NCBI RefSeq assembly: GCF_009834535.1
Contig: NC_045696.1
Span: 35,218,001-35,282,000, forward strand
Reading direction: 5' to 3'
DNA length: 64,000 nucleotides
DNA from: Camelus ferus
Lineage: Eukaryota
Shown here: positions 39,503 through 54,544 of the stretch, piece after piece
Numbering within the stretch: the first letter of the stretch is position 1
Layout: each line of letters opens with the position of its first letter
Notes under the pieces: generated by a model
Seen by the model: only the letters and a program-made list of their open reading frames with translations
What the model was told of the DNA's origin: nothing
The model's database searches: none
Translations under genes and position numbers: made by a program

Positions 39503-39920
39503 TAAATCTTTTATGACCATGCAAGCTTCTATGTACTAATTTGATGGATTCTTTTGCATAAAATCACATACAGATAAGAATATTATAATTTGTTCTAAAT
39601 AATATGCTCATGTCTTTGCAAGGGTCTTTCATGTCTTAATCCAAATAGATATAGTGGATAATAACAGATATTCAGGAGACATTTTAGAAAGTAAGTGTGC
39701 TTCAAATCACAGCTCTGGCCAGAACATTAAAGACACCACTCCTTGGGTCCCATTCCATGGGAAATATTTCTCTCTTCAAATCTTTTTTCTATCTCTCACT
39801 CCTAGAAATTTGAATTGCCATATAATGTAGTAGGGAAAAAAAAAAAAAACTCCAATAAGCTGGGGTACTGTATACAACAGCTTTAGTGGATCAATATTGT
39901 AGAATTTAGACTCTAAGGGG

Positions 39921-40112
39921 TATTATTCTCAACTGTGGTTCTCAGCATCTTCTATAGGAATGTTCGAAAATGTAGAGGGACTTTTGGAAGTAACCCATAG
40001 TTCAAGTGGGTGTAGCCAGACATGCTGGATAGTTTACAAGAGTGAAGGATATCTTGTACCATGAAAAATGGTCCCACCCAAAAAACTAACAGTGACCCTG
40101 CAGGGAAACACT
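39921..40112. mobile_element. MER20-related hAT-Charlie MITE
   Basis: ttctcaact...gaaaatgtagaggg...tggtcccacccaaaa...aacagtgaccc...gaaacacta. Confidence 0.5.
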
Positions 40113-40309
40113 AGAGGATGTAAACTGGTGGGCGCAGTGGCGGTATACAAAAGAAGACCCTATAGTCAGCACTGCTGAATATATATGGTGGTGAAATCAA
40201 GGTCTGATGACTTCCTTAGCGGAGTGAGAAGGAAAAGGAACAAATGTAGGGAAAGTACCTGTTTCATTTCAGATACAAACATAGGTAGCCTTTTTGATAC
40301 TTTTTACCA

Positions 40310-40455
40310 TTAACATGGCAATTCTTATTTTTACCACTGAGAAAATGGAAGCTCAGAGAGGTTAAATAATTCACACAAATTCAATGTGTTAGCAAGTGAT
40401 GGAGCCAGGATTCAAACACTGTCACAATGAACTCCACAGTTTCCATTCTTTCCCC
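40310..40455 (-). mobile_element. MIR SINE
   Basis: gagaaaatggaagctcagagaggttaaataat...agcaagtgatggagccaggattcaaac. Confidence 0.8.
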
Positions 40456-40727
40456 TAGAGTGGAAAGACAAGAATGCACTGCTCCAGTACTTAATGTAAT
40501 CAACTTGTTTGTGTGAACTTACAATTAGTAAGTATGAATATAAATACTTTCATTACAAACTTGTTTTTCCAGGGTCTCAGGCCTTACAAAAAGAACTGTG
40601 GGCCAATAATATTGTTATTTATCATAACAACAATACAATGTATAAAATATTATTATTGTACTATTTCTTTCAGAGGCTCAGGAAGACTAGTGTGCTAAAG
40701 AGTAGAAGGCAAAGCTGATGTGATGTT

Positions 40728-41177
40728 GTGACAGATTGCATTGTTGGCCTCAACTAATGACCTCCTTGTAGCCCACAGCTGACCCTGTAACTGTGTAGTC
40801 TCTTTCTGTGCTGACTCTGAACTGGCCTTGTGACTTGCTTTGGCCATTAGAATTCTGCAGGAGTCATGGTGTTCCTTCTTTAACTTTCTTGCTTCCTCTT
40901 TAGATCCTTCTATCCCCACAAGAATGAGCCTGATCCAGCTAGTTATCTCAGTCAAGGCAGTCCTGGACCACTCTACACCAAAATGACCCCAAACTGGACC
41001 AGATTAATAAATCCACCTACCCCTCCCTCAGCTGTGTGCAGATATGATGTTGGGTGAGCTTAGATGAGACCAAATAATTACTAAACTGACACATAGATTC
41101 ATGAGCATTAAAAATGCTTACTATATTGTCATTAAATTTTAGAGTGACCTGTTTCATAGTAATAGCCAACTGATAGA
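40728..41177 (+). mobile_element. MLT1 (MLT1G/H-like) solo LTR
   Basis: Starts tgtgacagattg; contains ggccttgtgacttgctttggcca; ends aaatgctta...aatagccaactgataga. Confidence 0.75.
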
Positions 41178-44100
41178 GATGATTTTCTTGAGTGATGTTT
41201 AAAGCCTAGCATTAATGTCCCACAAGAACCAACACTATTCTAGCTTCTCAGGACCTGGAAACTCTTATTGGTTCAGTAGACCATATTCTGTACGTAAATG
41301 CTGGCAAACCCATTTAGAGCACAAAGACATCAGCAATGGGGAAGCTCCGTTAGGCAGCTTCAAGATCAGGAGATGTCTGCTTAAGGGAGCCGTCTAGTAG
41401 GAAAAACATGACACACTCTGCTTGAGACATTAGCAAATAGATTGATTCATCAAAACACGTTAAGTTACCCCTTCTAGAGTGTGATATTTTCTTTTAGTCA
41501 AGTTCCTGGGATTTGAATCACTGTAACTGTAAATTAAAAACAATTTTTTTTCTAATTTTGGATCCTCAGGATGATAAAGTTTTTGGCTTCCAGTTATAAA
41601 AGCAAAGCTATCTTTCACTGCAGTTAATCACATCTGTTTGGGATAGTTCAAATGAAACTAGGATGCTCATCCAAATGACTTTTTGGCATCGTTTCCTATC
41701 CATAAACCCATAATTTTAATCACAAGGAATTGTTACCAAAGGAATTATCTATTCTATATGGCATATTGCTCAGTATAAGTGCTTAACATTTTTATGTAAG
41801 TCAGCTTCAGTATTTAAAATATTTTCCTAAATCCCTGGAGCTAATTATTGAGCAATCGGCATGCAATAAACCTTGAAGAAATCTTCAAAGAAAAAGAAGG
41901 TTTAAGTGGGAGGATCTAAAGACTGGGAATTACAGTAATCGAATCATGTGGTCAGGAGACATTAGTTGTTGCTGTGAGGTCTCTGCAAGATAAACATGGC
42001 TGAAACCCACACAGAATGAATAGCTGACATCAACAAGTTTTGTACTATGTCCTAAACAAACAAATTGGGTGGGAAGAGAAATCTTCCAAAATTAAATCAG
42101 CTCATCATTTCCAGACAACATTCTTATATCCCCACTGCCATCCAAATTGGGGAGGAGGTGAAAAAGGAAACACTGAAACTCTAATAAATCATCTCATAAC
42201 CACCAAAATGTCTCTTTCTTGATTCGGAATTAAGTAGAGTTGACTCAGCCACCCAGAAATATTCCTATGAGTGCCCTGAAAAACAATACAAAAGGCATAA
42301 AAAATCTTTTAGGAGAAGCCATGGTCTCAGATTTTATTAGTATGTTCTACGTCTATCGTGATACTTTGCAAAAAAATTATTCAGGTATTTATTTCATGAA
42401 AATGTATGAAGTTTACAAGTTTGTGGTTGTCGTTACAAGTCAAATTCTTCCATAGCAAATATTCTAACTACGAACATTGTTGTATAGTTAAAGCCTGTCA
42501 AAGTCCTAGATATTAGGTCACTTGTTTCAAGTACATATATTGGATAAAATCAATGTCCTTTAAAATGAAAGAATGCAAACATCTCTCTCTCTAATTCTAT
42601 TTTAATAAAATCTTACTTGTATAAATAATAGGCATAACAGAGCCAGTAAAAGAACATTCCTAGTTTTAAAGTTAAATGGATTTTCTATTCTTACTCTACA
42701 CTTTCTTAATATTATACTGTAAGTTTGCTTTGTATTTTGACTCAATCTTTTCCTTTTCAGAGTATTTTGTTTTTCCTGGAGTTTTTAGTTGTCTTTTTGT
42801 TTCTTGAATAATGTATCTGTCACATAACAGAGGTCAGATTTTTGGCCAAGAATTGTGTTCTATTAAAGTATAACTATATCAGTAAGTGTGGTACAAGTAA
42901 TTGGCAAAACTGACTGTACATATGTTTATGCTTGCAAAAAAATTCACTTCGAAATTATTTTGAGACTACAGCACTCTGAACACTGTTACACCTTAAATAA
43001 TAATCATTACATTAGGCACTATCTTCCCCTATCCTACTGTAAATATAATTCCCAATGAGCAGCCAGCATTTGTTTTTAAGATAAGGTAGAAAATGTGATG
43101 AGAAACCACTCACAATAGGTCCAGTTTTAAACAATTTGAGTATTAATTTAAATCTTCATATCCCAAATACAGCAATGCAAAAAGTTTATGCTAAAACATT
43201 TAACTTCATCAGTGCTCAGATGAACACACTTGAAAGCCTCTTTCTCTCATGGACACACTAGATCTAAAAAATGGCATTTTCCTCCCTATTTATTTCACTG
43301 AAAATAAATTTTTGAAATGAAAGAGAAGATAAAACAATATTAATGACAACAAAAAAAGACCCAAACTTTATATGCCAGACTACCAGCTATGTCCCATTAA
43401 CTGCAATTAAGATACTTTAAGATACAATTAAAGACCAATAATTCATATTTTAAAGACTATCTCTTTCATTTTTATTTTTTCAATTAAAATATTGTTCCTC
43501 ATATAGATCTGTATCTGTCCCTGTTTTACTCTCCTCTTAGAAGGTTTTTATAAACCAAAAACCTCTCAAACTAAACTGAGCTTGCTTAGATTTTGAATTT
43601 AATCCAAATACAAAAATGAGTCTACTTATATTTTGGCTTTTAATTTTGTATGGTGTTTTTATTTTTGTTTTATTTTTAACTTTTAAGTCGGTGATTTCAA
43701 AGCAAATAATTTATGTTAACGAACCAATAGGTAAAATTCTACCATTCACAAATATTTTTCTCAGTCTGGGTGAAAACTGTTATTTAAAAACATGGCTATA
43801 ATCAAAGTCCTCATTTGTACTGTAAATATTTAAAATACAGCTACTACTAAAATAACAGTAATGTTATCTAAGATAATCAGGAAATTTTTGGTTTACTTTT
43901 CTTTCTATAATACAGGTCATTCAGAATAGGTCTTACTTAGTCTAGGTCAATTAACATTTATAGCAGGTTTTGAAAAACAGTTAATACAGTTAAGGCACAA
44001 ATTAAAATTCCTATGTAGAATATGCTGTATGTGTATTAATTGACTTTGATTGATAATATAGTTTAATTAACATAATTGTTTAGTCATCATTTGTATATAC

Positions 44101-46829
44101 CATGGTGTCTTCTGCTCATGAGATAATAATTTTGTAGTATAACTAGGTTTTATTTGGAAAATTACCAGTTTAGGTACAAATATTCTGAGAAAATTTCAAT
44201 TTCATCTCAGTAAATCATCTTTAATAATAGCACCTGGGTGATAACAAAAATTAGTAATTGCATTGCATCTGAAATGAGTTTTATAAAACTTAAGAAGCAA
44301 ATTACAAACACTTCATGATGCTCAGTGTGATTCAAAGCAGCAAAGCAGTTGTGCTGACCCAACAGCTGCCAGCTGACTCTTTTCAGTCTTTACACAGTTT
44401 TTACTTTGCTATTTTGTGTGTAAGTAGGTGTCTGTCTATATGACCTAGAATGTATCCTTAAAATCTTTTTCCAAGGAACAAAATTATGTAGCTGTGAGAG
44501 GAAAAAGTTTTCAGTTTCAAGTAGAAAATGGATTATGTACTAATCCATACAATCTTATACTGCAGCCTTCAATTATGCTTTGGTAAAGCTATACAATTGC
44601 ATGTTTTGAGCACAGGAATGAATCTATGTTTAGTCATCCCAGTCATTTTTCTTATATTCTCCCCAAAGGATAAGATGAGAGGAAAGATGGATGAGCTGCC
44701 ACTTCTCCACAGAGGGATGCCAGTGAGATACAGACATTCCTGATGCAGATCTTGGCATTAGCTCTAAATTGGCATCAGACTCTTCAAAGTTCCCTTAAGT
44801 AACACTGATTAAGGTTTTATATTCTGTGATGATGCCAGGCTCCGCTCTGGACTAGCTTTCTTTTGTAAAAGTTCTGGACGGATTTTTGAATTCAGTTTTG
44901 ATTTGTAGGCTTATTCAACCACAGAGAAAAAAAAAAGCTGTTTTTTTTTAAATTTTATTTTGGTCACACACATTCTTACTTTTTCCAAGTTACCACCATC
45001 CTCAAACCTTGGGAGGTACAGTTAGATTGGGTTAGTCAAATCCCTAAAGCAAATTTCTTCAAAAAATAAAAATCGATTTTTCACAGTTACTCAAAAATGC
45101 ATAGTAATTTGGAGTCTGTCTACCGGGAGGTATCACTTTCCCAACCACAAGTTCCCTCCCTCCCACCCAGTCTCCTTGTTAGAACAGAATGTGTAAGCCT
45201 TAGGTGCACACATCAATTCGGGATTCACTCAGCATAGCAGTGCACGCTGTTAGCACCTTGCCTCAGGCAACTGTTCTCCATTCCTCTGGGACACTAGCAC
45301 TCTTTGTACTTTCCTCTGAACTGGAATTATGCTTGAAAGCTTGATAATTTGATAAATCTTTTAATTGTGAGCTGTACATCATCAAGTTCCTTTTAAGTTT
45401 GGTGCTAACAACATTAGCTTTCCCTGCAAAGAGCACACTGAAATGATTAGTTAAAAAGCATTCTGTTAAAAGGTTGAGCTATGCATTCTCTTTTTTTTCT
45501 TTTTTGTACCATCTTCCAGAAGCAGCCAAATAATGCAGAAATTTTACTCTTATTATATGAGGTGAAGAAAGCTGAAAGTTTGCCACATGCCTGGAAAGGA
45601 TCAATTAGTTCATCGCTTACCTTAGAAACTCAGTTTATATTTATGTCCTGCCTTTAGCTATTTCAATTTGTATGACTAAGCATGTTCTCCCTTTCCCCAC
45701 ACACAGCAAGAATGCTGACACTACAGCATTCATGTTATTATAATAAAGCCTTGGCTATAATGGGGGTTGGAGTCATCATCTTATTACAGAAGTTTTGAAA
45801 TCAGAGCAGAAATTCTCAATAGGGTGTCACACAAGGGTTTTGTGGTAGCCTGACAACAGTAAAACATTTTTTCTGGTATTCATGTTATCAAAACAGGACC
45901 AAGATTTTTTGTCCAGCTATTCAGGAAGGAAGCCAAGAGGCACGTAAAATTCTGGGAGAGTCCCAGAGGGAAGGCAAGAGTTATATCATGGGTAAAGGAA
46001 AGAAATTATGAAAAAATTTGGAGATATTTCAACCTCAAAGGGCTTGATAATTATACTGTAGAAACATTATACTTGATTTGAATTTAGTCAATTTCTCACA
46101 TTTACACTTGAACTTCAATTAATAATAGAAACAGAAATCAATTCCAGGAGACCTCACACTTTATTTTCACAATACTATATTTTTTCTGAGGACAAATTTT
46201 GCATGCTTAGAAATTTACTTCTTTGCATCAAGCAATACTGTCATCAACCTCATGGTAACAGCATTTTATGTAGTTTTAAATCCCAGCCAGTCCATTTAAT
46301 AGCTGTGCTACCTTGGCTCTTTTGCTTCCTGAAATTTTTGTTTTCTCATCTAGAAATTAGACTAATAGTTTTCTCAAAGAGGTGTTTTGATACCAGAATA
46401 ACAGATGTGAAGTGAAATGTCTAGCAGTGCCCCATAAATATTAGTTCTTTCTCGATTAAAAAGCAAATATCCATTCAAGGTGTAACACAAAAATTAAGTG
46501 GGCGTTTAAATTACCAAGTATATTGTTTTGCAAGCAGTGCAAGTAACTTTACTTTTGTATCTGATAATCAACAGTGATCTTCTGAAATACGCAAAATGTA
46601 CTTTGATGGCCCTCAAGTACATTTTCTATGTAACAGTAGACACAATTTAATTTGTAGTATAGTGTTAGAAGTTTTATATTTCTTATATTAAATTGTTCTG
46701 TATTCCTCTTGCCAACAATTTCAAATTCTCAAATCTTTTTACCTACATATTACTGTAGCTTGGTCCTCAGCTATTCATTTTCATATTACTATTAATGTTA
46801 TAAAATTCAACAGTGGTCTTGGAATTCTC

Positions 46830-47345
46830 TGTTCAAATATTTTTAAAGGCTCCTCATAGCCCATTGAATATACCTGAGTGTTCTTTCCCTTTTAGCATCT
46901 GGTTCTAAAACTTTTAACACTTATTTTGGATACTCCTATACCCACATCTTTTATTTCAGTCAAATGAAACTGGCCTTCTCTAAACATGTCTTGAATGTCC
47001 CTACATTCTTTTGCTCAAGTCAAATTTTCTGTGTGGGACAACACCCCCACCTAAATCAAACTGCTTCCCACTTCTCATTTGTTGGTCAGAATTCTGTGTA
47101 TCTCTCATAATTCAGGTTAATGAGATGTCCTATAGAAAGATTTCCCTCATCATCCTGAGAAAAATGACTCCTTCTCCTCCTCTAAATTTCCTTGTCAAGA
47201 CTATACGTACACACACACACACATTTTATGGCGATGACCATATTCTGTCTTAGTTTTAGTTTATCTCTCCATATGCCTTTACTCCATGACTAGATTAAAT
47301 TAGCCTAACACGTAGTATTTTTGTTTCCATCGCCCTTGTTACATA
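46830..47345 (+). mobile_element. L2 3' region
   Basis: Pyrimidine-rich L2 phrases: ttaaaggctcctcatagccc, ttctctaaacatgtc, ttctgtgtgggac, tccatgactagatt. Confidence 0.5.
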
Positions 47346-47929
47346 AAGAACATCTACAACAATGAAATGAAATGAATCTCAGTCCTTCTTCTGGATAAGG
47401 TTACTGTGCCACAGCAATGAATATTTTTAAATGGGAAGGTACTGAGAAGTAGAAGGAAGGAATAACCTGGTGGTAGAGATGTCACACGAGGTACCTGGAG
47501 TGCTGGTGCTGGGAGTGGGGAGAGGAAGGCGGCAGAAAGAAGAGTTTCTGAGCAAATACAACAGGGTACAAATGAATGCAAGTATGTGTATACGGAATTG
47601 ATACTATTTCATGTTCTTGGCTAAGGGTGACTGCACCTTTTAGAGGAATAGTGATAAATAGGCTAAGTGGCCACACTGAGAAAGAGGAAGAACACTGTGT
47701 TTTCAGTTGCAGAGACCCATCTTCTAATTTTCTCTTCACGGATTTTTTGGACTGTGCTCTGATAGCACACTTTTGCTCACTGAGTTGTGATACCAGACAG
47801 CTCAGAAACATTCAGATCTGCCCCAGGGCCTCCTATATCAATTGCAAACTCAGTGGTTTATTGATAAGATCTTCCGTCACCTTTCAAAGTTCTTTTTGGC
47901 TATTTTGATGCAGATATTGAAGGTTTTGC

Positions 47930-48310
47930 CAAATGACCACTCGCATTTTCTACACATTGCCTGGTCTTTCCCGTGTCACACTGTTTCTCACAAAATTCTT
48001 TGCTCTGACTGGAATACACTGCCCTCTAACCACTCCTTATTTCCTACAACCTCCATCTGTGTTTATGTACTGAACTGCTACTCATGCTTCAAAACATAAT
48101 TGAAATATCCATTTGTTCATGAGAACTTCTGAGATTTCTAACATTATATCACAAATAAGATATAATTTCTTCATTGGACATTCTAAATAATTTCAATAAA
48201 TTATAGAAATTATAATATTCTGTTTTAATATCCTTATACTTTTAAAATATTCTTTATTAGCTTATAAATTTCTGACAGAGTATGGATTTAAAAATATTGC
48301 ACATGAATGA
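47930..48310 (+). mobile_element. L2 3' region
   Basis: tgctctgactggaatacactgccc...aactgctactcatgcttcaaaac...aaatattgcacatgaatga. Confidence 0.5.
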
Positions 48311-51300
48311 CTCAAAAATATTCTGGACGTTTATACATGAATGATAGGGGTTGGTTTCATGGGCAAAGCCAAAATAAAGTTAACAAAGTGAAATCTTAAA
48401 TTTACGTGAATTAGTAGAAAAATGTAATTTAATTGAGAAGTTAGTATGGAATATGGTAATCCGGCTTTTACAACAAAAGCATCAGTTGGTAATTTCACAA
48501 CTGGGAAAGGTTGACAAATATCAGGAAACCAGAGGCATCATAAGAGAGTCATCTTAATCTAACATTTTGTAAATCAAAACTAATATAACCAAAGAAGAGG
48601 ACTGCTTTTACACCAAAAGCAGCAATGTCTCAGGAATTTCAGTTGCTAATTAATTCTGGTTCCCAGAAAAGCCCTTGGTGAGAGTAGCTAACTAAAGCTG
48701 TTTAATGGCAGTATATCTTGAGTTCTCTACTAAAAGGCCATTGCTAAATTCCTGCTCATTTAAATCTTAATTCTAATACCCCTGGGCTCTCTATCATATC
48801 TCTATCCAGCCCCAAACTGGTGACCCTATTCTAAGAAGGAAGTGCATTCAGTTTGAAACACTTGACTCCCAAGAAACTTTAGCACTCCTCTCTTGTCCAA
48901 AAACAAACCAAATAAACAAAAAACAAATAGAAAAACAAAAACCAGGCCAAGTTTTCTGTAAGACTGCATTACAAGGCAAAATTAAAATTTAAGGAACAAT
49001 TAGAAAAGACATATACAAATACACAACACAGAAGAAATACCAGTAATCATCTTAGGTGACACTTCTCTTTGTAAATTCTTGTTTGTTCGATTAGGTTAGG
49101 CTTTACATTCAATACTCCAAATATAAGTTCAATCTACCTTTCAATTGCTATTTTGTATTTGAGATATTTTCACATCAATCCATTTTCTGTATGATATGTG
49201 ATTTGGTATAATAATCTCAAAAATAATGGAATATTCTGCCATAAAGTCTAGCCTCTAGCAGAGATTACTATAACACACACAGTGATTTTATAAATTAAAT
49301 ATAGTACTGAAGACAATAATTAAACATCATCAGGAAAATGTTCAGCTAATTTTCTTTCCGCATCATTCAATCCACAAAATAAAAATTTCTATGTTTTAAA
49401 TGAAATTGTTTTAAGCTTTAACTTCAATGGATAAACAAAGAAAAACATTCAGAATTTGTATATCATTTAAAAGGCAAAATTATACATAAGCTTGGAATGA
49501 ATGTAATGGAAGCAGTGTAACGCTATGTACAACAGAGAAATAAGAAAAAGTGAATTGTGTGACCTTGTTTCAACTAATACCTCATTGTACTTAGTGGGAG
49601 ACATTTCAGTCCTCCCTCATCTCAACTTTTATACAATAGTTGATGAAACAAGAATAATTCAGCCTTTTCCATGGATTGTTCTACAACAAAATCCTGTCAT
49701 CATGCACTCTGCCGAAGTGCTATAATTAGAACTTGCTGGAAGCAAAATTACAGTGATAAATAATTATATTTCCCCTACTAACAACACATGTGGGAATACA
49801 ATGGAGATAAACACAATGAAAGGGAGAGAGAGACAGAGCATTCTTTCTGCTTAGCATCTTTGATAAAAGCTGCACCAGAGACAGGCAATAAACTTAGCAT
49901 GCAAGTACTAACTCATTCGCATGAACCCAGAGCTCCCCAGTTTGTCAGTGTTGAGAAAGAAAGAGTCCCTGACATTCTTACAAAATCAATGACAATGCCA
50001 TGTTAAATGGCCTTTCATGGGTTATTACAGGTCAGTCTAAGAATCTCTTTATCCTGATTCTCCATCACTGTGCAATTTTCTCTATCAGTTTTTAGTCTTC
50101 CTTCTTGGCACATCATGGTTAAACAAACACTGGAATTGCCAAATAAATGCAGGTGGATTAGCTGTGCAAACACAGACAACAACATGACCTACAAATGATA
50201 TGGAAGACGGGTTACATGGAAAGTGCTTTGCCATAGAAAAGATGATAGACAAAGGTTGAATTGACAGTTGTAGAAAAATTTTTCATTTGCCAAAATTTCC
50301 CAGAGGAACTGTATTATGGAAACTAAAGCTCTGTTTCTCTGAAAGGAGTGTGATGCTTGCTCAGGCAGGATGCCCTCTCCCCAGGAAAACCCTTTAATCG
50401 CTGTTGTATCTGTCCAGTGCTCCATCTCTTCCTCAGTCTATCTCAATATAATGAGGTGCCCCCAAAAGCCTGTCTGGCCTAAAACATTCAGCTAGTTCTG
50501 TCCTGTCTGGAGAAGTTGGTAGAACTGGAAGTTTTGGATTCAAGGTGGGTCTAACTTCTTGAAGATTCAGAAACTTGAACAGAAAGAAAAATAAATAAAT
50601 TGCCAGATATGTTGTTTTAGGAAAACAGGTCATTCTTTAAATCTTTATGCTGGTTGAGAAATGTGCTTATGAAGATGTGAGCACTAGCCTTATGTGGAAA
50701 TAGTCTGTTAAGTAAGGACTTTCTGTGCATGATATTGAGGTGAAACCCAGACAGACTTATAATACCATCCCCATTTGTCTTGAGGGGCCATTGTGTGAGG
50801 CAGGTGGAAGAGGAAGACAGAGAATGGGACAATATAATATAGAGTGTTACTGGAAATTTTGTATGAAACTAAAAGAAATGAGTATTTTCTGATCTACCCC
50901 ACATAAGAGGAAACCTTCCATTATCTTCCCCAAGCAGCTGACTCTGGCCGCCAGATACCAGTGTAGGAGTTGTTAGTACTCCTTTCTCTGAACTGCATGC
51001 ATCAAGTTAGGTAGAGTCCTATGTTTTCTGAAATCTAGTTCTTCCAACAGCTTCCCAGTAGTAGGGTCTACTTTTATTTCCACAGGACCTTCTTTTCTCT
51101 CTCTGATTTTGCTCCATGTGAGTAGCTATTATGATTCCAAAATAAACAAAAAACAAATCTATTTGTTTTAAAATATTGTCAGCCTATTCAGCAATGCAGT
51201 TATTATCTGTTACTCTGGACAAATAGCCTCTGGAAGTTTGAATAAGTGGGGGCTTTACGGATCTTCTTCCATAATCTGACCACCAACTGGTCTTTTACAA

Positions 51301-54300
51301 TGCAAAAAGTGTTGGACTAAGTATTTCTCAGAATGTCAGCACTTGATACATAAACCAATTCAGTCTCTTCTTGTACCATGAGGAATGGTCCTCTCTCTTC
51401 CCTCCAGTGCTCCAAGATGGATAACTCTCTGTTCTGATGGTTTGAAGCAGCCCGTCTTGTCATTTGGTTAGGTGACAGAATCTGCCAAGTAAAAATGATT
51501 TACAGGAGCAAAAGGATCTAGACCTTGACCCTTGCATGAAAAATTTGAGCCTTTCATGTAGGACTAAGGCTATGTCATCTCTCTAAACACCTGTCCTGAA
51601 TACTATCATTCTCACCAGTGAATAATTCCTTCTAATATGAGGCACAGATGCTGAAGTGGTGCACGTGGACCTTATGAAAATTCTATTCCAATTCTTTTAA
51701 TTTTATCAGCGATTTAAGAAGTTAAGATCATCCACTGAAAGTGAAGATGGGGAAGAAGTGTTGGAGGATAAGGAAGGAAGAGGAGTAAGAATTCTTCTAA
51801 GGAGATGGAAGAATGGAAGGATCAGGAAATGCAGTTTTATTGCTTTGCAGTATCAGGAGCCCATTTTCAGTTCCTGGTCATGATTTCAATTTTGATCACC
51901 CTTGTGACATATTTTTCTCATGACACCTTCAACTGCATGGTTGCAAATGTGGAGTAGGCAAAGAGCTGGATTTACGTGGAGTTAGGATTATATCCCATGG
52001 TTTATGCTGAAGAATTTTCAAAGAAAATGCAGCACAAAGGATAAAACAGTGTTTATGACTAAAACTGTGTATTTCCATCACCATGTCTTCTGAACTTCAT
52101 TGTTACTTACCCAATTTGACAATCTCAGAAGTCCTAAACTGAGCATGTTGTCCTCATGACCAGCCTTACTAAAATAGGTTCTTCCTATTATTCCCACCCC
52201 CTTCTTACCCAACTTATCACAATTAAAAACTAATGTATTTTTGTATTCATTTTGTCACTCTCCTTCTTTCAAATTGCATGCTCAAAACATCAGGGAACAA
52301 AATAGCGAATACTTAATAAGTATTTATGAAATAAGTAAGTAAATAAATAAATATGAAAGAAAGAAGAAAATAATCTGGCTGTTGTTTGCATTCTACAATT
52401 TATTGGTTGTGATCAGCTAAAGAAATGCTCTTTTTTTATTGTTACTTGTAACCCAATTATACCTAGCCTCCTGACCTGGGCAGCAATCAGAACTAGAGCC
52501 AGTTCTTCATCTTCCCTGTACTCCTCCTCCCCAACTATTTCCCCAAAATAATTCCCCAAAGAATATTACACAGCCAGGCAACCATTCATTTGGCATGAAG
52601 CAATTATCTAAATTATAAAGAACCTTGGAATACAAACTTTTCAGAAACACTAATATATGAATTTACTTTCATTAGAGCTTTGAATTCTGATTTCACATAA
52701 GCCAACTTTACAGCTCTGTCCTGCTCCAGCCCCACCCACAGCTTTTGGCAATCTTTCTTAGCTATTTTCCTTGGCAGGGCTCCAAACACAACTCCTGGGT
52801 TAAAGCTGCAAGTGACTCCTCTAAATTGGCTGTTTTACATGATGGATAACACTTAGAATCTTTGAAACTTCTTTTTATGCATCCTTATTTGCACTGTCTT
52901 ACTTATTGTTATTTGCTACCCTCATTTCTTCCCCATTTTCTCTACTGGACTTCATTGTTTTTTCTTGCCTTTCTGTGAACCTCCACTGCTTTACAGATCT
53001 CTAACAGCCACATCTTCTTATTTCACACTTTCTGCCTTTTCAGATATTGAGATCATAGCGCTTTCCAAATAATCTTCATCCAAGCCTTGAATTCCTGTAG
53101 TAGCATCAGCAAAGCCCAATTTTTCAAAAATAGGTATGAGGTATTTTTTTATCTGGTATAAAATGACACTTTTACAAACATACCTGGAAAATTTTTATTT
53201 ATTAAAAATATTAAGGAACTCTCACTCTCTTTTTCTTCTTTGATTCTTGATAGATGTATATTCCAAACAACTTTGGGGAAATTTCCTGCCTTACTAAACA
53301 AAAATACCAATGCAAATTTGTTAACAAAACCTTGTAACACTCAGTGACGTTATCATTAGCATTACTATATACTGAGAATGTAGAAGGGTTAAGATGTAGG
53401 ACTTGCCAAACATGTTGGTTTTATCTAAGTTGTTTTGCTTGAAAGCAAAGTATGATGTGAGCTTCCTTTCTTTCAAATTTCTATTTTCTTCTACGGGCTA
53501 CAGCAAAACTATTTTCCAAAAGTCTAGTCAATAAAGGCTTACTCACTTACTCTTTCCCTAGAATAAGTGAAATATAAAGTACATTTTGGCTCAGTTAACC
53601 ATCATGATTCAAGCAACAGAAATTTTAAACGAAATTCGTGAAGATAATTGCCCCAAATTTCTATATGCCTTCAGTATGTGGACACAGTCTATAAAATATT
53701 TCAGAAGAGATTATATGGTTTATGTTAAAGCAGCTGATTCCCAGATAAACTCAATAAAAGTGATTTGTCATCACTGTTGATTCATGGTAAGTAGCTATAT
53801 TGGGAGGTTGGCATTACACACTAAACTTTAAAATTTTTCAAAACTTAAGATTTCTACATTCAGGAGTTTATCCATTGAAACACAACTGAATAGGAAGCTT
53901 TTTAGAATGAGATGGATGATTCAGTAACAGCAATGACTTAAGCAAAGACTTCAAGGAGATTAACACCAGACAGGAGAAGGATAAACCTGTATCACATCTT
54001 TACAAGGAAGTTCTTAAAAATATGTTACAGTAATTTTGAAGAATGTGTGAAGCCAACTGTATTTTGCCTTTTAACTCAAAATTTTTAAATATTTATATTC
54101 AGAAAAATGCAAAACTGCTCTCTTAAATTTTGATCCTCGGGGCATTCCATTGAAATGCACTACATATTTTTCAGAGTCATTTTTCACTTTTCATTTATTA
54201 AATCATAACAGAAGCTAGAACGAAGCACTGGATTGTACTTCTCTTGTTTTTTTGGTTTTTTTTTTTTCCCCTCAACACAATTTCCAAAGGAAGCAAATAT

Positions 54301-54544
54301 GTACTGAGCTTCTTGCGGGGCTCAAACTGAATCCAAACTGCATGGTCTATAGACTAAAAAGGGTCTTGCAATTTGTCACTTCCTCCTAAGTGGGACATAA
54401 AAATTGAAGATGTTTTCTGTTGCTTAATTATCTGTTTGATTTCAGAAAATGAAAAGAGGGACACAGCCTTCTTATAAAATCATCTTCACAGGTTTTAAGG
54501 GGTCAGGCAACTAAATCCAAACTTAAGTTATAAGTACCAGAGGA

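Noticed and set aside
40185..40270. Hammerhead-ribozyme-like pattern: CTGATGA (40204-40210), cttc...gaag stem, GAAA, and a possible aggt/acct stem I
   Set aside because: Stem III cannot form (the bases after GAAA do not pair with those before the putative GTA triplet) and stem II opens with C-G instead of G-C. Most likely chance.
53538..53700. Stacked minus-strand donor-like motifs (gtaagt, gtgagt, gtaagc) and a 64-aa plus-strand ORF
   Set aside because: The acceptor is weak, all minus frames have stops, and the peptide is unrecognisable.
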